Shown here in pieces: positions 26,797 to 36,509 of a DNA stretch of 64,000 nucleotides. Position 1 is the stretch's first letter, and each line of letters opens with the position of its first letter. The notes below the pieces were generated by a model that made no database searches, had not been told where the DNA came from, and worked only from the letters and a program-made list of their open reading frames with translations. The stretch is from positions 83,493 to 147,492 of the forward strand of contig CAAGDD010000004.1 of assembly GCA_900768545.1 (NCBI GenBank), read 5' to 3'. Source of the stretch: Clostridia bacterium (lineage in GTDB: Bacteria > Bacillota > Clostridia > Christensenellales > UBA1242). A program made the position numbers and the translations under genes.

Positions 26797-28841
26797 AAGA
26801 AATTTTGCTTGTTGGAAATCCAAATTCGGGCAAAACAACGCTGTTTAACAGCCTGACGCGCTCAAACGAACATATTGGAAACTGGCACGGCGTTACAGTT
26901 GAAAACAAAGAAAAATCGTTTTCAATCGACGGCGAAAAATATGTTTTGGTTGACACTCCCGGCATTTATTCGCTTTGTCCACTTTCGTTTGAAGAAGAAG
27001 TTGCGGTCAAGACTATTTTTGAAAAAAGTGACCAAAAAATTTTAAATATTTGTGACAAAAACAATCTTCAACGAAACTTGTATTTGACACTTTGTTTGGT
27101 TGAAAAGGGCTGCGATGTGGTGCTTGCAATAAACGAAATCGACAAAAAGACGATTTTCAATGTAGACTGCAAAAAACTTTCAAAAATGCTCGGGATTGAT
27201 GTTGTTTTGATCAATGCTGAAAAACAAATTGGACTTGACAAACTCAAAAAATGCCTTCAAAAAAAGACCACAGCACCAAAGCCCAAATATTTGTCTGCTT
27301 TGCACGGAAATTTTGTTGGATATGACCTTGTCAAGGCGTATGAGCGTGACGAAAAATATTTAAAAAACGCCGATTTTTCATCGATTAAAAATGACAGCGT
27401 TCAAGTGATTTCACAACTTCGATATGACTTTATTGATCAAATTTTGACCACTTGCGCAAAGCGGACAAGCGATGTTTATGGAAAGAGCAAATTTGACAAA
27501 ATTTTGTTAAACAAATGGCTGGCTTTTCCGGTATTTTTGGCGATTATGTCGTTGATTTTTTATTTGACTTTTTTTTCTCTTGGCTCATTTTTATCAGACG
27601 CACTTCAAAATCTTTTGTCACTCGTCACAAAGCCGATTTTGAGTTTTTTGCAAGCAAAATTTGCATCTTCTTGGATATATGATTTGTTTGATGTTGCCAT
27701 TTTTGGCGGAGTGGCAACGGTGTTGTCGTTTTTGCCACAAGTTGTCTTGTTGTTTTTCTTTTTGTCGATTTTGGAAGACTCGGGATATATGTCGCGAATT
27801 GCATTTATTTTTGAAGACATTTTGGGAAAAATTGGCTTGTCTGGAAAGAGTGTTTACACACTTTTGATGGGCTTTGGCTGCTCGACTTCGGCAATTATGA
27901 CCTGTCGAAATATGGACGACAAAAATGCAAAAACAAAAACGGCGATTTTGTGCCCTTATATGAGTTGTTCGGCAAAAATCACAATTTACACTGTGATCGG
28001 CGGCGCGTTTTTTGGTGCAAAAAATCTTTGGTGCATTATTGGACTTTACTTTTTGGGCGTGGTGGTCGCACTTTGCATTTCAAAAATTTTGGACACTTTT
28101 GTTTTGAAGAGCAAAAGTCAAAGTTTTATTCTCGAATTTCCACCTTATCGCGTTTCAAGTTTTAAACGCATAGCAAAACTTTTGTGGAAAAACATCAAAA
28201 CATTTTTAATCAAAGTCGGCACAGTTATGATCTCAATGAACATCATTGTTTGGGTTTTGTCGTCGTTTTCATTTAAATTTGAATATGTTGCAAATGCCGA
28301 AGGAGCGTCGATGCTTGAAAATATTGGAAGATTTTTAGCACCGATTTTCAAACCACTCGGCTTTGGAAACTGGGCGATTGTGGCCTCACTTTTGGCGGGG
28401 CTTGTCGCGAAAGAAGTTGTAGTTTCGTCGATAGCGATGTTCAATGGAATTGACGCAAGCGCAACAAAACTTATTTCATCTTCACTTTTGCTTGAAAGCA
28501 GTGTGATTTTCTTTGCCACAAAGGCGAGTGTAATATCTTTTTTGACCTTCTGCTTGCTTTACACGCCGTGCATTGCGTCAGTTTCGATGCTTTTGCAAGA
28601 AATCGGCAAAAAGTGGACTATTTTGTCAATCATTATCCAACTTTTGACCGCATATCTTGTGGCATTTGTGATTTACAATGTTTCATTTGCATTTGAAATT
28701 TTTGGTTTTTTTAGGGTGTTTTTTGTGCTTTTGGCGATAGTTTTTGTGGTCGCTGCTGTTTTGATTTTGTTTAAAAAACTAAAAAATCGAACAATTTGTG
28801 CTCATTGCGAAAGTTGTCGAAAAAATTGTAAAAGAAAATAA
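26793..28841 (+). CDS. feoB: Ferrous iron transporter FeoB
   Basis: N-terminal G-domain GNPNSGKTTLFN and DTPG, then a polytopic permease. It has a Cys-rich tail CAHCESCRKNC. Confidence 0.95.
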   Translation: MKEILLVGNPNSGKTTLFNSLTRSNEHIGNWHGVTVENKEKSFSIDGEKYVLVDTPGIYSLCPLSFEEEVAVKTIFEKSDQKILNICDKNNLQRNLYLTLCLVEKGCDVVLAINEIDKKTIFNVDCKKLSKMLGIDVVLINAEKQIGLDKLKKCLQKKTTAPKPKYLSALHGNFVGYDLVKAYERDEKYLKNADFSSIKNDSVQVISQLRYDFIDQILTTCAKRTSDVYGKSKFDKILLNKWLAFPVFLAIMSLIFYLTFFSLGSFLSDALQNLLSLVTKPILSFLQAKFASSWIYDLFDVAIFGGVATVLSFLPQVVLLFFFLSILEDSGYMSRIAFIFEDILGKIGLSGKSVYTLLMGFGCSTSAIMTCRNMDDKNAKTKTAILCPYMSCSAKITIYTVIGGAFFGAKNLWCIIGLYFLGVVVALCISKILDTFVLKSKSQSFILEFPPYRVSSFKRIAKLLWKNIKTFLIKVGTVMISMNIIVWVLSSFSFKFEYVANAEGASMLENIGRFLAPIFKPLGFGNWAIVASLLAGLVAKEVVVSSIAMFNGIDASATKLISSSLLLESSVIFFATKASVISFLTFCLLYTPCIASVSMLLQEIGKKWTILSIIIQLLTAYLVAFVIYNVSFAFEIFGFFRVFFVLLAIVFVVAAVLILFKKLKNRTICAHCESCRKNCKRK

Positions 28842-28911
28842 AAGCGAGTGCATTTAAAAAATTTCAACTCAAAGATTTGCAATTAAAACAAAATTGTGTT
28901 ATATTTTTGAT

Positions 28912-30219
28912 ATGATTAAACCTATTGTGGCCGTGGTCGGCAGAGCAAATGTTGGAAAATCAACCTTTTTCAACAAGATTTGCGGAAAAAGATTGAGTAT
29001 CGTTGATGATGTTGCGGGTGTGACTCGTGACAGGCTTTATGCCGACGCAAATTGGTGCGGAAAAGAATTTACTTTAGTTGACACCGGCGGCGTGGAACTT
29101 GGCAGCGAAGATGTTTTTCAAAAAGAAATTATCGAGCAGGTTATGCTCGCGATCGAAAACGCGACCGTGATTGTTATGCTTGTTGACGGAAAAACTGGCA
29201 TCACACAAGGCGACGAAGATGTTGCAAAACTTTTGAGGAAACAAAAAGTTCCTGTGGTTTTGGTGGTCAACAAACTTGACAATTTTGACCTTTCAAATGT
29301 TTATGATTTTTATTCACTTGGCCTTGGCGAACCTATGCCAATTTCGTGTATGCAAAGCAAAGGTCTTGGTGACGTTTTGGACAAGATTGTGTCATATTTT
29401 CCAAAAGATATGCCAACTTTTGAAGACAACGGCATCAAAATCAGCCTTGTAGGACGACCAAATGTCGGCAAAAGTTCACTTATCAATCGTCTTTTGGGTA
29501 AAAAGAGAGTTGTGGTCAGCGATATCGAAGGAACAACTCGTGACGCTGTGACTGTGCCATTTAGATGCAACAAAAAAGATTATTATTTGATTGACACTGC
29601 GGGGCTTCGTCGCCAACGTTCGGTCGAAAAACAATCTGTTGAAGGATATTCTGTTTTGCGCAGTATGAACGCAATCGAAATGAGCGATGTTGTGCTTATC
29701 GTTTTAGACGCAACAAAAGAAGTTTCGGAGCAAGATGTTCGAATCGCCGGCTTTGTGCATGAAGCGAAAAAACCAAGCGTTGTTTTGGTCAACAAGTGGG
29801 ACGAAAAAACAATGTCAAAAGAAGAATTTACAAACATCTTGAAAGAAAAATTGTCATTTATGGATTATTTCAAAGTTTTGTTTGTTTCGGCTTTGACGGG
29901 TGCGGGCTTGTCAGCAATTATGCAAACTGTCGATGTTGTTTTTGAAAATGCTTCAAAACGAATTTCAACTGGCGTTTTAAATGACATTTTGCAAGACGCA
30001 ATTTTAAACTTTGAGCCACCTTCAAAAAATGGGAAAAAGAGTAAGATTTTGTTTGCGACACAGCCAAGCACAAATCCACCAAAATTTGTATTTTTCTGCA
30101 AAGATCCAGCTCTTATTGGCTTTGCTTATGAAAGATATCTCGAAAATCGACTTCGCGAAAAAGTTGACTTTTCGGGGACGCCTATTGAACTCGTGTTTAA
30201 GGGCAAGGAGGAAGAATGA
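28912..30219 (+). CDS. der: Ribosome-biogenesis GTPase Der (EngA)
   Basis: Tandem G-domains (GRANVGKST, GRPNVGKSS) plus a KH-like C-terminus. Start at 28912 (MIKPIVAVVG). Confidence 0.95.
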   Translation: MIKPIVAVVGRANVGKSTFFNKICGKRLSIVDDVAGVTRDRLYADANWCGKEFTLVDTGGVELGSEDVFQKEIIEQVMLAIENATVIVMLVDGKTGITQGDEDVAKLLRKQKVPVVLVVNKLDNFDLSNVYDFYSLGLGEPMPISCMQSKGLGDVLDKIVSYFPKDMPTFEDNGIKISLVGRPNVGKSSLINRLLGKKRVVVSDIEGTTRDAVTVPFRCNKKDYYLIDTAGLRRQRSVEKQSVEGYSVLRSMNAIEMSDVVLIVLDATKEVSEQDVRIAGFVHEAKKPSVVLVNKWDEKTMSKEEFTNILKEKLSFMDYFKVLFVSALTGAGLSAIMQTVDVVFENASKRISTGVLNDILQDAILNFEPPSKNGKKSKILFATQPSTNPPKFVFFCKDPALIGFAYERYLENRLREKVDFSGTPIELVFKGKEEE

Positions 30220-30983
30220 TTTTTTATTATTTGATGCTTGCATGCATTGCGGGGTATTTGATTGGAAATATCAACTTTGCACGCATATATTCAAAAGCGT
30301 TTAGCAAAAAAGACATCACAACAATCGGGAGCAAAAATCCTGGCACAATGAATATGCTTCGAACAAATGGCTTTGGCGAAGCAATGCTCACCCTTGTTTG
30401 TGAAGCAATCAAGTGTGGCTTGCCAGCTCTTTGTGCTTACTTTTTGTTTGAACATTTCTTTGCTGGAGCTGGAAATGTTTCTTACTTTTTGACTGCTCTT
30501 GGGGCGGTCGTTGGACACTGCTTTCCTGTTTTTTACAAATTTAAAGGCGGAAAAGGTGTGGCTTGCACATTTGGAATGTTTTTGTTTCATCCCCAACTTT
30601 GGTGGGTTGGAATAATCGTTTTTGTTTGCTGCTTTTTGTTGTTCTTCTTTATCAAATATCCATTTTTGATTTCATTTTCATTTATTTTCACAATGACGAT
30701 TTATTCGACTGTGATTTTTTGGCAACAACAAGTCCCATATATCATTGTTGTGATTTATTTGATGTGGCTCAATGTCGCACTTTTGATCTTTATGCACAGA
30801 AGCAACATTTCAAGATTGGTTCGCGGAAAAGAAAACAAAGTAAACTTTTTTGAGAAAGTGTTTAAACGAAAAAAGAAAGACAGTGTTGAAAAGACACAAG
30901 ATGTCGAGCAGAAAAATGAAGGGGAGAGCGAAACCTTTGCCGAAGGCAAAAAAAACAGCGACGAAAAAAATGAAGTCAAGTGA
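30216..30983 (+). CDS. plsY: Glycerol-3-phosphate acyltransferase PlsY, with a ~55-aa charged C-terminal extension
   Basis: Motifs GSKNPGTMNMLR and FKGGKGVA. It overlaps the der stop. Its stop codon lies inside the hairpin of repeat E. Confidence 0.9.
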   Translation: MIFYYLMLACIAGYLIGNINFARIYSKAFSKKDITTIGSKNPGTMNMLRTNGFGEAMLTLVCEAIKCGLPALCAYFLFEHFFAGAGNVSYFLTALGAVVGHCFPVFYKFKGGKGVACTFGMFLFHPQLWWVGIIVFVCCFLLFFFIKYPFLISFSFIFTMTIYSTVIFWQQQVPYIIVVIYLMWLNVALLIFMHRSNISRLVRGKENKVNFFEKVFKRKKKDSVEKTQDVEQKNEGESETFAEGKKNSDEKNEVK

Positions 30984-31055
30984 CTTCATTTTTTTTGTGT
31001 GCCGCGGTTTTGAGCGCGCGGGGCGGCGCTCGCCCGCACGCGTTTCGCTCGCGAG
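30970..31055. repeat. Partial GC-rich element, copy E (central hairpin plus right arm only)
   Basis: ATGAAGTCA-ag-TGACTTCAT followed by T8 and GC-rich hairpins. It shares the CTTCAT-T8-G motif with copies A1, D and F. Confidence 0.6.
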
Positions 31056-31121
31056 AAGAGAGAAAATATCGTTCTAAAAAATTTGAAACTTTCATAAAGT
31101 ATTCTATCCTTTGGAGGTTTT

Positions 31122-32600
31122 ATGGAAAAGTATCAAATTTATGAAGATATTCAAACTCGCACCAATGGTGATATATATCTTGGCGTAGTTGGACCAGTAA
31201 GAGTCGGCAAATCGACATTTATTTCTCAATTTATGCAAAAATTGGTGATTCCGAATATCGAAAACAAAAATGTTAAACAACGCGCAATAGATGAATTGCC
31301 ACAAAGTGCAGACGGAAAAACTGTGATGACAACTCAGCCAAAATTTGTGCCAAATGAAGCGGTTAAAATTACTGTTGCAGACAAAATCAATTTGAAAGTT
31401 AGAATGATTGATTGTGTTGGATATCTCGTTTCTGGGGCAATGGGTGTGAGCGAAAACAACAAGCCACGCCTTGTTAAAACACCTTGGTCAGACGAAGAAA
31501 TGCCTTTTGAACAAGCGGCAGAAATTGGCACAAAAAAGGTGATTGAAGACCATTCAACAATCGGGATTGTTCTCACAACAGACGGCTCTGTGACAGATAT
31601 TGAAAGAGCAAATTATGTTGAAGCCGAAGAGAGAGTTGTCAAAGAAATGAAAGCGTGTCAAAAACCTTTTGTTATGGTTTTAAACTGCAAAAATCCAAAT
31701 TCGGCAGAAAGCAAAAAACTTGCTCAAAGTTTGGCAGAAAAATATGATTGCCAAATCGTTGCAATGAATGTTGCCGAAATGAAAGACGCAGATGTTGACC
31801 GAATTTTCGAAAAAATGCTTTTGGAATTTCCTGTCAAGAGCATCAAAGTCAATATGCCAAAATGGCTTCAAGCACTTTCTTTTTCAAATCCTATTATTGA
31901 AGAGATTGTTAAAGAAGTCAAAAATTTTGGAAACAATGTCAAAAAGATTGGTGACGCAAAAAAAGACACTGTCGTTTTTATGGAAAGTGACAGTTTCGAT
32001 CCTATCACATTTTCAAATGTTGAAATGGGCGAGGGAATAATCAAATTTAATGTTATTCCAAAAGAAAACTTGTTTTACAAAGTGCTTTCAGACGCGTGCG
32101 GATTTGAAATCAATGACGACTATGAACTTGTTTCATATATCAAAGATTTGGCGGTCGCAAAAGTCGAATATGACAAACTTAAAGACGCTCTCGACCAAGT
32201 TGAACAAACTGGATATGGAATTGTTGTACCAAGCAAAAACGAATACACTCTTGAAAATCCAGAAGTGGTTAAACAAGGTGGAAAATATGGCGTCAAGATC
32301 AAGGCAAGTGCTCCAAGTTTGCACATCGTGAAAGTAGATGTTGAAACAGAAGTGACTCCACTTGTTGGAACTGAATCTCAAAGTCAAGATTTGGTAGCTT
32401 ATTTGAGTGAAAAATTTGAAAACGACCCAGACGGAATTTGGGACACAAATCTTTTGGGCAAGAGCCTTTATTCGCTTATTGATGACAATATTGGAACAAA
32501 AATTTTGGCAATGCCAGCAGATGCTCAAAGAAAAATGAAAAAGACGCTTGGAAAAATTATAAACGAAGGCAAAGGTGGAGTTTTGTGCATTCTGCTCTAA
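31122..32600 (+). CDS. spoIVA: Stage IV sporulation protein A (spore-coat morphogenetic ATPase)
   Basis: MEKYQIYEDIQTRTNGDIYLGVVGPVRVGKSTFI matches the SpoIVA N-terminus and Walker A. Length is 492 aa. Confidence 0.95.
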   Translation: MEKYQIYEDIQTRTNGDIYLGVVGPVRVGKSTFISQFMQKLVIPNIENKNVKQRAIDELPQSADGKTVMTTQPKFVPNEAVKITVADKINLKVRMIDCVGYLVSGAMGVSENNKPRLVKTPWSDEEMPFEQAAEIGTKKVIEDHSTIGIVLTTDGSVTDIERANYVEAEERVVKEMKACQKPFVMVLNCKNPNSAESKKLAQSLAEKYDCQIVAMNVAEMKDADVDRIFEKMLLEFPVKSIKVNMPKWLQALSFSNPIIEEIVKEVKNFGNNVKKIGDAKKDTVVFMESDSFDPITFSNVEMGEGIIKFNVIPKENLFYKVLSDACGFEINDDYELVSYIKDLAVAKVEYDKLKDALDQVEQTGYGIVVPSKNEYTLENPEVVKQGGKYGVKIKASAPSLHIVKVDVETEVTPLVGTESQSQDLVAYLSEKFENDPDGIWDTNLLGKSLYSLIDDNIGTKILAMPADAQRKMKKTLGKIINEGKGGVLCILL

Positions 32601-32602
32601 AC

Positions 32603-32724
32603 GTGGGGCAAAACCTTTGCAAAGCAAAGAAAAATTTGCAAAAAAAATGAGGCCGACCGCTTCATTTTTTTTGTTGCAAATTTTTTGCCCGCCGCGCCGC
32701 TCGCGGGCGGGCGTTTTGCCCCAC
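32603..32724. repeat. GC-rich four-helix palindromic element, copy F
   Basis: Perfect 12-bp closing stem GTGGGGCAAAAC/GTTTTGCCCCAC. Internal stems CTTTGC-aaa-GCAAAG, AAAAATTTGCAA/TTGCAAATTTTT (with CTTCAT+T8 inside) and GCCCGCCGCG/CGCGGGCGGGC. Confidence 0.8.
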
Positions 32725-32872
32725 ACTCGACCAAAAAAATCGACACAATATAATCAACTGTCGAAAATCAAAAATAAAACGCAAAAAAACTTAAAATTTT
32801 TTAAAAAGATAATCAAAAATTGGTTGACTTGAAAAGGGAAAGTTTAATATAATTTGTCTAGGAGGGATAAAT

Positions 32873-33382
32873 ATGGCAAAGAGAAAATCAAGCAAAAAAA
32901 GTGGCGTTAAGGCAATTTTAGACTTTGTTGTTTTGGCGTTGGCAGGTGGAATGTTTGGCTTTTTGGCACTTCCATTTGTAAAAGCTCAAGCAAGCGGACT
33001 TGGTGAAACAAGAGAACTTGCAAGATACAACGGCTATCAACTTATGGACTTTGAAAACAATGCTGGCGTTGCTACTTGTGTTTTGCTTATGATCATTTTT
33101 GCTTCACTTTTGGCTGTGTTTGCTATCGTTAAGATGCTTGCAGATATGGGCACACTTAAAGGCGCTACACTTTCAAAAGTTGTTGCATTTGGAACAGTCG
33201 TTTTAGCATTGGCTGTTTTGGTTATGACAATCGTTATTATGATCGTTATTCCAACAAATTGCAAAGTAAATGGAGCATTTGGATTTTCTGGCGGCACAAC
33301 AGCAGTTTGGTATGGTCTTATTATCAACGCTTGCGCTGGTCTTGCAACATTTGTTACAAGCGTATTCTCAATCAGAAAATAA
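32873..33382 (+). CDS. Hypothetical membrane protein (4 predicted TM segments)
   Basis: Strong SD AGGAGGG and hydrophobic segments. No family recognised. Confidence 0.6.
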   Translation: MAKRKSSKKSGVKAILDFVVLALAGGMFGFLALPFVKAQASGLGETRELARYNGYQLMDFENNAGVATCVLLMIIFASLLAVFAIVKMLADMGTLKGATLSKVVAFGTVVLALAVLVMTIVIMIVIPTNCKVNGAFGFSGGTTAVWYGLIINACAGLATFVTSVFSIRK

Positions 33383-33432
33383 TGCAAAAAAAGACACCAA
33401 GTTTTTGGTGTTTTTTTTATTGTCACAAAAAG

Positions 33433-33463
33433 AAAAAACATATCGTTTTGATATGTTTTTTTT
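33433..33463. terminator. Bidirectional terminator between convergent genes
   Basis: A6-CATATC-gtttt-GATATG-T8. Confidence 0.65.
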
Positions 33464-34286
33464 AAATGAAATCGTATTGAGTTTTGAGTTTTTCAAATTC
33501 TTCAAAAATGTCATCAAAATTATGTATTTTGAGTTTTTTGTGAACTTTGTCAAATTCCCATTGTTTGATATTGAAAACATTAATCCAGAATGGAAGATAA
33601 AAGTGTGCACCTTTGCAGAAATGTTTTACAACAGTGTCTTTGTGAATTTTTCTTTGTTCGTTAAATTTGAAAGGAAGGTATTTGATTTTTGCATATTTGT
33701 TGATAGCAGTTTGGTCAGAAAAAGCCATTTTTTTGCGATAAACAAGTTCTCTGCATTTTCTAAACATTCCATCTTCTTTGATTTGTTTAATGTTCATCAA
33801 GAGCATTCCTGCATTGCAATAGTTGTGGTGGATCCAAAATCTGCCCATAAAATCTTTAACCATTCCCACATCATAGCCTTCAACGTCTTGATCGTAAAGT
33901 TCTTTAATATCGCTGCAAGCCATTGTGTCAACATCAAGATAAATCGCTTTGTCAGGAAGATTTGGCATCATATCAATCATCAATCTTAAAAGAGTGTAAG
34001 GAGTGTAGCCTGTGTGATGATTTGCTCCGTCCATCATATAAGTTTTATACATTTCTGTAACATCGAGTTTGATAGCTTTGCTTTTTGGATTTTTTGCTTG
34101 CAAAACTTTTGTCAAAAGGTCGATTTGCTCGTTTGAAATATCTTGAAATTTTGGATTGTCATAAGTCAAGTCCATTGTCAAAATATAGACATTCAATTCT
34201 TCATCACTGTATTTTGCGAGCGACATAGTAGCCAAGAGCAAACCTTTATAAATTCCGCGATTTGCCCCATAAAAAACTGGTATCAT
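33462..34286 (-). CDS. Glycosyltransferase family 8 protein
   Basis: The N-terminal pattern and the DxD motif in AIYLDVDTMACSD are typical of GT8 (retaining) enzymes. SD AGGAG. Confidence 0.82.
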   Translation of the reverse strand: MIPVFYGANRGIYKGLLLATMSLAKYSDEELNVYILTMDLTYDNPKFQDISNEQIDLLTKVLQAKNPKSKAIKLDVTEMYKTYMMDGANHHTGYTPYTLLRLMIDMMPNLPDKAIYLDVDTMACSDIKELYDQDVEGYDVGMVKDFMGRFWIHHNYCNAGMLLMNIKQIKEDGMFRKCRELVYRKKMAFSDQTAINKYAKIKYLPFKFNEQRKIHKDTVVKHFCKGAHFYLPFWINVFNIKQWEFDKVHKKLKIHNFDDIFEEFEKLKTQYDFI

Positions 34287-34418
34287 AAAAACTCCTAAAT
34301 TTTATTTCTCTCACATATTATCATATTTTTGGACAAATGTCCAACAAAATGGCGAAAGTTAATTAAAAAATTTTAATTGTTAAAAAAAACAAATCTCAAA
34401 GGATTTGCTTTTTTGTTG

Positions 34419-35195
34419 TTATGAATTTGTTTCAACGGCTTTGTGCTTTTTGTCGTAAAGTTTTTTAAAGCCCCAATAGATAAGATAAATTATTGCGACC
34501 ATTCCAAACACCGCACCGATTGTGCAAATTGGCATCAACCATGTTGGGATAAATGGGAAGGTGCTTCCTGTCAAGAAAAACCAATCATAATGATGATTTT
34601 CTGGAATGCCAGCGTAGAGAACATTTCCAATCATTGCCCAAACAGCGATAAACAAAAGTGCAATATAATTTTGCCAAATATTTTTCCATTGCAATTTTGT
34701 GTGACCGGTCGTCAATGCCAAAACTCCCCAGCCAAACAAAAGTCCGTGGAAGGTGAATGTTTCAACAACTTTATAACTAAAAGGAGAAACTCCGCCAAGG
34801 GCAGAGCCCGGATATGTCATATACATAAGAGAACTTACGACTGCAAGCGACGCAGAGATTTCGCGAAGCCAAGTCTTTTTTGAAAAGTTTGCAAAAACGA
34901 TAACAATGCCCATAACGGTGCAAATATGAAATGGCAATTTGTCGATATCGATTTGTCCGTTTGAACGATAAAATGGCATCATAAAAAAGTTTAAGATATA
35001 AACGCAAACTGGAGCAATTGCAAAAAAGTTTAATGCTTTGCGCTTTGTGTTCTCACTTTTTCCTTTCAAAAGAAATGCAACAAGTGCTGTTGTTCCAAAT
35101 ATCAAAAGCAAATATCCAATGTGCCAGCCCGAAAACAATGTGATTTCAGAATGCGACCACTTGGCGTTTAAAAGTTTATATAAAAATTCAAACAT
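34419..35195 (-). CDS. Polytopic membrane protein, possibly YwaF/TIGR02206-like (family assignment from memory, uncertain)
   Basis: About 7 TM segments and the motif KLPFHICTV. It is a paralogue of the next gene. SD GAGGA. Confidence 0.5.
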   Translation of the reverse strand: MFEFLYKLLNAKWSHSEITLFSGWHIGYLLLIFGTTALVAFLLKGKSENTKRKALNFFAIAPVCVYILNFFMMPFYRSNGQIDIDKLPFHICTVMGIVIVFANFSKKTWLREISASLAVVSSLMYMTYPGSALGGVSPFSYKVVETFTFHGLLFGWGVLALTTGHTKLQWKNIWQNYIALLFIAVWAMIGNVLYAGIPENHHYDWFFLTGSTFPFIPTWLMPICTIGAVFGMVAIIYLIYWGFKKLYDKKHKAVETNS

Positions 35196-35289
35196 AATAT
35201 CCTCACTTGATCAGTAGTTTAACACAAGCTTTAAAAATGTCAAAATTATTGTCGAATTTTGATGATTTTTTTTGAATATGTCGATTTTT

Positions 35290-35418
35290 GGGCGGGCGAA
35301 GGCACGCAAGGCTACGCCGCGTGCCAAAAACGGGGCACAAAAAAATAAAGCCTTTCGACTTTATTTTTTTCGCGCCGCCGTTTTTCTTGCTCCGCTCGCG
35401 GAGCAAACTTCGCCCGCC
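35290..35418. repeat. GC-rich four-helix palindromic element, copy G
   Basis: Closing stem GGGCGGGCGAAG/CTTCGCCCGCC. Internal stems GGCACGC/GCGTGCC, AAAAACGG/CCGTTTTT (with ATAAAG-8 nt-CTTTAT flanked by A/T runs inside) and TTGCTCCG-ctcg-CGGAGCAA. Confidence 0.8.
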
Positions 35419-35431
35419 GCCGTCTGCACAC

Positions 35432-36205
35432 CTAAACTTGTTCGCTTTGCCCTGTTTTTTTCTTTCTTGCTGGCAGTTTGCAAAGCCAAACGACCAAATA
35501 AAACAAAGCAACATAGACGATGATCGCCAAAACACCAAACACTTGATAAGGAACTCCCCAAAAATCAAAATCGACAGGGTTGTTTCGAAGATACATATAA
35601 TCAGATCCGGGAAAGATAACAAAGTCAAGCAGTGCACCCCAACAAAACATAACTGTGAAGCAAAGATAAGTTTTCCAAATGTTTTTAAATTCAAGTTTTG
35701 CAAAGCCATAAACAATAACCAAAATCGAACACATAAATCCAATCATGTGTGACACTGTGCTGTAAATGCAAGTGAACGACATATATGTGCGATTGAGACC
35801 GACCGCTGGGAAGAGCAAAAAGGAGATAGTTGCCAAAAATCCGCCGACAGCGCTAAAATCGAGCAATGCTTTGCTTTTTGAAAAGATTGCAATAATGAAA
35901 ATCCAAACCATAACTGAACAAATGTGCATAGGAAGCAAAATCTTCAAAATATTTTGCCACGAATAATCTGTTTCAATGCACAAATTGACCACTCTCGAAA
36001 CTATTTCAAACATAAGCAGAATGCTTACCAAAGTTATAACAATAATTCGTCTTATTTTTTCAGATTTTTTATAAAACAACAAACTAAACAAAATTGTTAA
36101 GACTGCAACAGTTACCAAAACGATTATGTGACGTGTGCCATAAAGATATTCACTTTTTGGAAGCGATGGGTTGTTTTCGTTTGTCCACCAATCATGAAAA
36201 CTCAT
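35432..36205 (-). CDS. Polytopic membrane protein, paralogue of 34419-35195
   Basis: Similar length and topology, with the motif LLPMHICSV. SD AGGAGAAA. Confidence 0.5.
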   Translation of the reverse strand: MSFHDWWTNENNPSLPKSEYLYGTRHIIVLVTVAVLTILFSLLFYKKSEKIRRIIVITLVSILLMFEIVSRVVNLCIETDYSWQNILKILLPMHICSVMVWIFIIAIFSKSKALLDFSAVGGFLATISFLLFPAVGLNRTYMSFTCIYSTVSHMIGFMCSILVIVYGFAKLEFKNIWKTYLCFTVMFCWGALLDFVIFPGSDYMYLRNNPVDFDFWGVPYQVFGVLAIIVYVALFYLVVWLCKLPARKKKTGQSEQV

Positions 36206-36269
36206 AAATTTCTCCTAGTTTTTGTTCAATATGAAAAATTGCAAAGTTTTTTTTGCAAGCATTCGATAT

Positions 36270-36346
36270 TTGGTGTTCCAGAGAAGATTCGAACTTCCGA
36301 TCTTCAGTTTAGGAAACTGCTGCTCTATCCTGCTGAGCTACTGGAA
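36270..36346 (-). tRNA. tRNA-Arg (anticodon CCU), CCA encoded
   Basis: Hand-folded cloverleaf. Acceptor GTTCCAG/CTGGAAC, D-stem GCTC/GAGC, anticodon loop TTCCTAA, T-arm GGAAG-TTCGAAT-CTTCT, discriminator A plus CCA. Length 77 nt. Confidence 0.88.
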
Positions 36347-36509
36347 CATATATGAAATATTAGCACTAATTTCTTAAAATTGCAAACAAAAGCACTCTTT
36401 TGTGATTAATATGAAACAAAAAATAATAAAAACAAAAATATTTTGTCGAATTAATTGATTTTTTAAACAATTTCGCGTATAATTGTCATAACAATAAAAG
36501 GAGAATAAT

